64,000 nucleotides of DNA, taken from a virus. A program made the position numbers and the translations under genes. The notes beneath the pieces are model-generated. The model had not been told where the DNA came from and searched no databases. It was given only the letters and a program-made list of their open reading frames with translations. Below are positions 58,006 to 64,000 of the stretch, piece after piece. Within the stretch, counting starts at the first letter, position 1. Every line of letters starts with the position of its first letter. The stretch lies in IMG/VR virus record IMGVR_UViG_3300032224_000970, positions 32,001 to 96,000 of that record; one strand, written 5' to 3'.

Positions 58006-58574
58006 ATGTAAAACCAACTGAGTGGGTACGTCTCACAGACTTTCCAAGTGCAGGCAGCTACAACAGTTTAACTGATACTTGCATTTCTTGGTGGAAACAA
58101 TATACAGATGGTGCTCATTCAGGTGTGTATCAGGTATCGTTGAGTAAACCGAAGAACATTGTCGATAAAGATATATGTTACATTGGTGAATCAAACTGCT
58201 TACCTAAACGTATAAGTGACTTGCGCTCTAGCGCAGGGCAGGGAAACAAAGTTACACATCATATGTGTGGAGTTTTTATTCGTGAAGAAAAGATTGACAT
58301 TGAAAGTGTATTTGTTCGGTGCTTGATTGACGAAGATAAGAAGTCACTTGAAGACTGGTTGCATACTCAACATAAAGTTAAGTTTGGTTATATCATGGGT
58401 TATGCATGGCAAGAAGCATCGGGTGGTCATAAATCCGCAAGGATAAACATTCAGTCAAGTATTAAGCGTCTGAATTCATTGGAAGCTGTCGAGAAAATAC
58501 AGGCTGCACTAAATGAACATAAGGCATATTTAAAAAGAAATGCAAAGGCTACACTAACCGAATGGATACTATGA
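58002..58574 (+). CDS. GIY-YIG-like nuclease
   Basis: GVYQV...CYIGES..L.KRI...E pattern. Confidence 0.55.
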   Translation: MNVKPTEWVRLTDFPSAGSYNSLTDTCISWWKQYTDGAHSGVYQVSLSKPKNIVDKDICYIGESNCLPKRISDLRSSAGQGNKVTHHMCGVFIREEKIDIESVFVRCLIDEDKKSLEDWLHTQHKVKFGYIMGYAWQEASGGHKSARINIQSSIKRLNSLEAVEKIQAALNEHKAYLKRNAKATLTEWIL

Positions 58575-58575
58575 G

Positions 58576-58779
58576 ATGATACTTGAGACCTTTGTTAAAC
58601 AGAAGAGGTTCTTCAATGTTAACAATAAGAAAGATGTTGAGGTGTTTAGGAGTTTCCTTATGACACATGCTTGGGGAAAGGATGGGTGTCCATTCATACT
58701 TGAGTTTCCATATATGACGATTCCTGATATGATACGTGATAAGTTAATTCATAAAATTTTAAAGGTGGAAAAAATATGA
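58576..58779 (+). CDS. Hypothetical protein
   Basis: W...GCPFILEFPY..IPDMI.DKL motif; tightly packed. Confidence 0.65.
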   Translation: MILETFVKQKRFFNVNNKKDVEVFRSFLMTHAWGKDGCPFILEFPYMTIPDMIRDKLIHKILKVEKI

Positions 58780-59201
58780 AAGTAGTAATAAACAAGTGTC
58801 ATGGTGGGTTTGGTCTGAGCCACGAAGCAATCCTGCGATACTTTGAGATCAAAGGCATCAAAGTATATCCAGAACAAGGCAAAGATTCTTGGGGATTCTG
58901 GACTTACTGGACAGTTAAGCCAGAAGATCGTGTTGAAGTTAAAGAAGGTGATGCCTTCTACGAAATGTCTCAGGCTGAACGTCGTGAACATAATAAAAAA
59001 ATATCTGAACAAAGTGTTCAAGAACGTGATATCCAACGACACGATCCAGCACTGGTTCAAACAGTTGAAGAAATGGGTGATGAAGCCAATGGTTCTTACG
59101 CTGAGTTGAAAGTTGTTGATATTCCTGATGATGTTGACTATGTCGTTGAGGAATATGATGGTATGGAACACATTGCTGAAGCACATAGGACTTGGTCATG
59201 A
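58776..59201 (+). CDS. Conserved phage hypothetical protein
   Basis: KVVINKCHGGFGLS; RHDPALVQ.VEE.G..ANG....LKVV.IP; EYDG.E. Confidence 0.75.
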   Translation: MKVVINKCHGGFGLSHEAILRYFEIKGIKVYPEQGKDSWGFWTYWTVKPEDRVEVKEGDAFYEMSQAERREHNKKISEQSVQERDIQRHDPALVQTVEEMGDEANGSYAELKVVDIPDDVDYVVEEYDGMEHIAEAHRTWS

Positions 59202-59425
59202 AAAATTTAGAAATTCCTTTCGAAGTAGCCGATGGTATTACTAAGGCTAATCTAATTGATGCTCGAGACTATCTACAGTCTGAATTGGATCAGTGGCAAA
59301 CAAATCCAAAAAATGAAACGAATCCCAATGGATATTGGTTACACCCTGAAGATTTGGCTCTCAACATGCAGTTGATTAAAGCCATGACATTAATTATTAA
59401 CTACTATGGTGGTGAAAATGCGTGA
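59198..59425 (+). CDS. Hypothetical protein
   Basis: ATGA overlap; WLHPED...IINYYGG. Confidence 0.6.
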   Translation: MKNLEIPFEVADGITKANLIDARDYLQSELDQWQTNPKNETNPNGYWLHPEDLALNMQLIKAMTLIINYYGGENA

Positions 59426-60002
59426 AGAACTAGACAAACTGTTGTGCGAACGCTATCCTAAGATGATGGTAAATCGTAATAAATCAATGCAAGAAACTGC
59501 AATGTGTTGGGGTTTCTCTTGTGGTGATGGGTGGTTTAACATTCTCAATGAATTGATGAGTAACATTCAACATCATATTGATTGGAAAAATCAAACTCGC
59601 ACGAGAGATATCGCATTCAATCAGGCAATTATTGATGCACGTAGACAACCTGCCGACTGGACTAAGTTTAATGAAATCCATCCACGGGATAATTCATGGA
59701 CTGATGAGTTGCGTGAAGATATTATCAATGGCACTTTAGAGTTACGTAACATTGAACCTGAAGTAGAACAGGTAACACTCGATCAAGTAAAAGAGAAGTT
59801 TGGTACATTGCGTTTCTACTATACTGGTGGTGATGATTATGTTCGTGGTCTTGTTAGTATGGCAGAAAGCATGAGTAGTGTTACCTGTGAGGAATGTGGT
59901 AATCCTGGAGAGACACACCATGGTGGTTGGATTCGTACTTTGTGTGATACACACGAAGCTGAAAGGCAAGCAAAAATGAAAGAAAGGTTCGGCGATGAGT
60001 AA
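59418..60002 (+). CDS. Conserved phage protein with C-terminal Zn-ribbon
   Basis: WGFSCGDGWF; QVKEKFGTLRFY; TCEECG.PG...GWIRTLC..H. Confidence 0.75.
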   Translation: MREELDKLLCERYPKMMVNRNKSMQETAMCWGFSCGDGWFNILNELMSNIQHHIDWKNQTRTRDIAFNQAIIDARRQPADWTKFNEIHPRDNSWTDELREDIINGTLELRNIEPEVEQVTLDQVKEKFGTLRFYYTGGDDYVRGLVSMAESMSSVTCEECGNPGETHHGGWIRTLCDTHEAERQAKMKERFGDE

Positions 60003-60306
60003 ATTTATTTTGGTTGATACTATTTCCCAATACCGCATGCGTTATGTTATCGAAGTACCTGATGATCATAACGAACGTGAGTATCCTTGCAGTGCTGAGA
60101 CATGGGCAGCAGACACAGTTACCTCTGAAGAGATGCGAGAGTTTTCTCAACTTTGGATTGGCGAGTCTATCCTTAGCACTCGTGAGATTACAAAGGAAGA
60201 AGTTATCACAATGTGTGATAAAGAAAATGAGTACTGTTCTTCATGGTCAGATGAACAAAAGATGGATGTCTTTGTGACTGAAATCGGATATAAGAGGGAC
60301 TGGTAA
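59995..60306 (+). CDS. Hypothetical protein
   Basis: LVDTISQYRMRYVIE; EFSQLWIGE.I.S.RE. Confidence 0.65.
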   Translation: MSKFILVDTISQYRMRYVIEVPDDHNEREYPCSAETWAADTVTSEEMREFSQLWIGESILSTREITKEEVITMCDKENEYCSSWSDEQKMDVFVTEIGYKRDW

Positions 60307-60878
60307 TGTTTATTTTTGATGTGGAAACACTTGGAGTTGAATCTAACGCTGTCATTCTATCGGCAGCGTTAATTCATTTTGACCCAGAGAAGCGTCCTAC
60401 TTATCAGGATCTACTTGATAATGCATGCTTTGTTAAACTAAAAGCCAAAGATCAGGGTACTCGTTTGGGAAGATCTGTTGATATTGAAACAATCGAGTGG
60501 TGGAAAAATCAGCATGAGTATGTACGCAGTGTTTCATTGGATCCTAACTCAACCGATGTTCCTGCTGAAGATGCAATTACAATCTTGCATAATTATATGA
60601 ACAAGTTTCCAAATGCGCAAAAGCAAACTATGTGGGCACGTGGTTCAATGGATCAGATGGTTATTGACAGCTTGTGTGTTAAACTTGACATGCAAAAGAT
60701 CACAGGGTATAATATGTGGAGGGATGTAAGAACAGCTGTTGATATTTTATATGGTACAACGAATGGCTATGTAGAAGTCGATCATCCTTTGTTTGAGCGA
60801 GCATCAGTTATCAAACACCACCCAGTCCACGACTGCGCACTTGACGCAATGCAACTAATGTATGGAAAACAAACTTAA
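60306..60878 (+). CDS. dexA: DexA-like 3'-5' exonuclease (DEDDh)
   Basis: IFDVETLG; WARG..D; RDVRT; HHPVHDCALD. Confidence 0.8.
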   Translation: MFIFDVETLGVESNAVILSAALIHFDPEKRPTYQDLLDNACFVKLKAKDQGTRLGRSVDIETIEWWKNQHEYVRSVSLDPNSTDVPAEDAITILHNYMNKFPNAQKQTMWARGSMDQMVIDSLCVKLDMQKITGYNMWRDVRTAVDILYGTTNGYVEVDHPLFERASVIKHHPVHDCALDAMQLMYGKQT

Positions 60879-63364
60879 TGCAATTTTATACTAACGTATT
60901 TCCCTTTGGCGATAAGATGTTCGTCAGAGGTTACGATAATGGGAGAGCATTCAATCGTAAGATTGACTTCTTCCCAACCCTTTATGTACCTTCCAAGAAA
61001 GACTCCGCATGGCGTACCTTGGAGGGTACAGTCATAGATGAGATTAAGCCAGGAACAGTTAAAGAGACACGTGAGTTTGTCAAACGATATGAAGGTGTTG
61101 ATGGTTTCGATATCTTCGGTAACACAAATTATGTGTGCCAGTATCTGAGCGATACATATGAAAGCGATATTCGTTTTGATATGGAACACATTCGTGTGTT
61201 CTCGATTGACATTGAGACTGCCACTGAAGATGGTTTCCCAGATATCAAAGCAGCGAATGAGGAAGTGCTTCTTATCACTATCAAAGACAGTCAATCAAAA
61301 CAGATCGTTACGTTTGGCTCACGTCCATTTGAAAACAAGCGTAGTGATGTAAAGTATATTCATTGCAAAGATGAACTACATCTACTGAAAGAGTTTGTCA
61401 TCTTCTGGCAACAGAACTATCCTGATGTTATCACAGGATGGAACACTGAATTCTTTGACATTCCTTATTTGGTTAAACGTATTGATCGAGAACTCGGTGA
61501 GTTGTTCTCAAAGAAACTTTCACCATGGGGATATATCAATGAGCGTAAGACCTTTATCAAAGGTAACGAAGAAATTCACTATGACATTCATGGTATCGCA
61601 CACCTAGACTATCTTGCTCTCTACAAAAAGTTTACCTACCAGAAGCAAGAATCTTATCGTTTGGATTATATCGCCAAAGAAGAACTTGGTGATGCAAAGA
61701 AACTAAATCCAGAAGATAACTTCAAAGATTTTTATACTAACTACTGGCAACAGTTTGTTGAGTATAACATTCATGACACTGAACTTGTTGATCGTCTTGA
61801 AGATAAGATGCGTCTGATCGAACTGTGTTTGACTATGGCGTATAATGCCAAGATTAACTATGAGGATGTGTTCAGTCAGGTACGTATGTGGGATGCGATT
61901 ATCTACAATCATCTACGCAAAAAGAAGATCGCCATTCCTGCAAAGTCTGGCTCTGGTAAAGACGCACAGTTTGAAGGTGCGTATGTTAAAGATCCTCTTG
62001 TTGGTTTACATAAGTGGGTTGCTTCCTTTGACTTGAACAGTCTGTATCCTCACCTGATCATGCAGTATAACATCAGTCCTGAAACATTGACACAGGAAAA
62101 GATTCCCTGCACAGTTGAGAAGTTACTTAACCAAGAAGTTGATACTGATTATGCTAAGCGTAGAGATCTATCACTGACTGCCAATGGCTGGTGTTATCGC
62201 AGAGATATCAAAGGGTTCATGCCTGAGTTGATGGAAAAGATGTATACCGACCGAAGCAAATTCAAGAAGCAGATGTTGAAAGCTGAACAGGAATATCAGA
62301 ACGATAAGACAAAGACTCAACTACTTAAAGAGATCTCTCGTTTAAACAATCTACAAATGGCAATGAAGATTGCGTTGAACTCTGCTTATGGTGCGATGGG
62401 TAATCAGTACTTCCGCTACTTCGATCTGCGTATGGCTGAAGGTATTACGACCAGTGGTCAGCTGAGTATTCGTTGGATGGCAAACAAGTTGAATGCTTTT
62501 CTTAATCGAACACTCAAGACAGAAGATAAAGACTACATCATTGCGATTGACACTGACTCAATCTACCTTACTCTTGAAACTCTTGTCGAGAAAACCTGCG
62601 AAGGTAAAACCGATGAGCAGAAGATTAAGTATATGGATAAAATATGTGAAGACATCTTCCAACCATTCATCGATAAAGGTTATCAAGAACTTGCTGACTA
62701 TATGAATGCCTACTCGCAGAAGATGCAAATGAAGCGAGAGGTGTTGGCTGATAAAGCAATCTGGACAGCCAAGAAGCGTTATGTGCTTAACGTGCATAAC
62801 TCTGAGGGTGTTCAGTATGCGAAACCAAAGATGAAAGTGATGGGTCTTGAGATGGTCAAGTCTTCAACACCTGCAGTCATTCGTGATAAGCTGAAAGATT
62901 CTTTGACAGTTATTCTTGAAGGTAAGCAATCAAACCTGCATACATATATTGCAAAGTTTCGTGAAGAGTTTAAACAACTGCCGATTGAAGAGATTGCTTT
63001 CCCACGTGGTGTGAATGGCATGCGACAGTATGCAGGTTCACCGATCTACGCAAAGGGTACACCGATCCATGTTCGTGGTTCTCTCTTGTATAATCACTAT
63101 GTGAAGCGCAAGGGTCTTGATAAGAAGTATCAACCGATTCGTGATGGTGATAAGATTCGTTTCGTATATGTACGTAGACCGAATCCTTTTGAGGAAGATG
63201 TGATTGCATTCCCACAAGAGTTGCCGAAAGAGTTTGGACTACATCAATACATAGATTATGACAAGCAGTTTGAAAAGACTTTCCTTGATGCCTTGCAGGG
63301 TGTTATCGATCCTCTTGGCTGGAAGGTAGAAGAACAATCATCGTTGGAGGACTTCTTTGGCTAA
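60878..63364 (+). CDS. gp43: Family B DNA polymerase gp43 (uninterrupted)
   Basis: IDIET, GWN..FFD and YNIHD exonuclease motifs; FDLNSLYPH, KIALNSAYG, DTDSIY, KKRY. Confidence 0.97.
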   Translation: MQFYTNVFPFGDKMFVRGYDNGRAFNRKIDFFPTLYVPSKKDSAWRTLEGTVIDEIKPGTVKETREFVKRYEGVDGFDIFGNTNYVCQYLSDTYESDIRFDMEHIRVFSIDIETATEDGFPDIKAANEEVLLITIKDSQSKQIVTFGSRPFENKRSDVKYIHCKDELHLLKEFVIFWQQNYPDVITGWNTEFFDIPYLVKRIDRELGELFSKKLSPWGYINERKTFIKGNEEIHYDIHGIAHLDYLALYKKFTYQKQESYRLDYIAKEELGDAKKLNPEDNFKDFYTNYWQQFVEYNIHDTELVDRLEDKMRLIELCLTMAYNAKINYEDVFSQVRMWDAIIYNHLRKKKIAIPAKSGSGKDAQFEGAYVKDPLVGLHKWVASFDLNSLYPHLIMQYNISPETLTQEKIPCTVEKLLNQEVDTDYAKRRDLSLTANGWCYRRDIKGFMPELMEKMYTDRSKFKKQMLKAEQEYQNDKTKTQLLKEISRLNNLQMAMKIALNSAYGAMGNQYFRYFDLRMAEGITTSGQLSIRWMANKLNAFLNRTLKTEDKDYIIAIDTDSIYLTLETLVEKTCEGKTDEQKIKYMDKICEDIFQPFIDKGYQELADYMNAYSQKMQMKREVLADKAIWTAKKRYVLNVHNSEGVQYAKPKMKVMGLEMVKSSTPAVIRDKLKDSLTVILEGKQSNLHTYIAKFREEFKQLPIEEIAFPRGVNGMRQYAGSPIYAKGTPIHVRGSLLYNHYVKRKGLDKKYQPIRDGDKIRFVYVRRPNPFEEDVIAFPQELPKEFGLHQYIDYDKQFEKTFLDALQGVIDPLGWKVEEQSSLEDFFG

Positions 63365-63908
63365 CATCAAAGTTATCAGAACTGGAATCAATGTCTCAAA
63401 GATATTGAAGCAGTTGGAACAACACCCAGAAGATTGGGGTGGACAGAAAAGCATTGAGGGAACTGCATCCTTACTTGACAAAGGTTACTTGGATGTTCCC
63501 ATCGGTGTATTGCAACTGATTATGGGTGGAGTTGAAACCGAAGATCAGTTTGTTGGAGACACAGAGATATGCATCGTTACACCTGCATATCGCAAACACA
63601 CAGAGATAGTTGGATTTATGAAGAGACATTTCCGTAGCCATAGTCGTTGCGGATTCTTGTCTCTTCCAGTTGGTGGCACAGTAGGACTACATATTGATGA
63701 GGGAACTTACTATCAAACAAAAGATAGGTATCATCTCTCAATACAAGGAACGTATAACTATTATTGCGGAGAAGAGATGGTTGTTGTAGAGCCAGGAACT
63801 TTGTTGTGGTTCAACAATAAATTACCGCATGGTACTGAGAATGTTGGAGATTGCACAAGAATTACTTTTGTATTTGATGTGCCACATTCAAAGTGGAACC
63901 CAAAATAA
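63357..63908 (+). CDS. Asp/Asn beta-hydroxylase-like 2OG-Fe(II) oxygenase
   Basis: HID..Y...RYH; WFNNK.PHGTEN....RI..VFD (HxD...H...R). Confidence 0.75.
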   Translation: MANIKVIRTGINVSKILKQLEQHPEDWGGQKSIEGTASLLDKGYLDVPIGVLQLIMGGVETEDQFVGDTEICIVTPAYRKHTEIVGFMKRHFRSHSRCGFLSLPVGGTVGLHIDEGTYYQTKDRYHLSIQGTYNYYCGEEMVVVEPGTLLWFNNKLPHGTENVGDCTRITFVFDVPHSKWNPK

Positions 63909-63910
63909 AT

Positions 63911-63939
63911 TTGACTGCAAATAAAGATTGTAGTATAAT
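63911..63939 (+). promoter_or_regulatory. sigma70 promoter
   Basis: TTGACT-17 nt-TATAAT. Confidence 0.85.
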
Positions 63940-63957
63940 TATACCTGGAGATAAAAA

Positions 63958-64000
63958 ATGAAAGCAATTAAATTTTACGCTGATTGGTGTGGACCATGCA
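63958..64000 (+). CDS. Thioredoxin, 3'-truncated by the window edge
   Basis: MKAIKFYADWCGPC active-site motif; GGAG SD. Confidence 0.85.
   Translation, partial: MKAIKFYADWCGPC

Noticed and set aside
60878-63364. Intron, intein or split in gp43 (also checked gp17, gp20, gp23, uvsW)
   Set aside because: The ORFs are continuous, of normal length, and lack intein motifs.
547-63967. Numerous minus-strand and alternate-frame ORFs in the track (e.g. 43950-44708, 17930-18445, 57471-57992)
   Set aside because: They shadow well-supported + strand genes, lack SD sites and recognisable motifs, and reflect codon bias.
1-64000. Alternative genetic code or stop-codon recoding
   Set aside because: All core genes are full length under the standard bacterial code, and TAA, TGA and TAG all act as stops.

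Overview
This 64-kb window comes from a T4-like (myovirus) phage genome with a cyanophage/pelagiphage-type gene order. The host is probably an aquatic proteobacterium; this is an inference from IHF-consensus sites and sigma70 promoters, and no photosynthesis genes are seen. Essentially all real genes are on the + strand. 1-23.5 kb holds virion accessory genes: mosaic tail-fibre and LamG/SPRY/Gly-rich receptor-binding proteins with their chaperones. 23.5-37.7 kb is the core morphogenesis block (gp13, 14, 15, 17, 18, 19, 20, 67, 21, 22, 23, 3); gp16 is missing from its usual position. 37.8-64 kb holds recombination, replication and early genes (uvsY, uvsW, gp55, gp47/46, CobT-like vWA-peptidase plus CobS-like MoxR ATPase, gp45/44/62, regA, hsp20, ligase, dexA-like exonuclease, gp43, a 2OG-Fe(II) oxygenase and a thioredoxin). 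Four observations stand out. (1) An early module in which the MoxR ATPase N-terminal domain reappears as a stand-alone protein with a histone-like tail, next to a vWA-metallopeptidase and a wHTH gene. (2) A repeated cassette joining IHF-consensus sites to near-identical sigma70 promoters. (3) A ~160-nt multi-hairpin RNA with possible alternative pairing, behind a perfect late promoter upstream of the hsp20 unit. (4) Receptor-binding genes built by cassette insertion at a shared junction, including a gene split and a nested insertion. All calls come from reading the sequence; no database searches were run.
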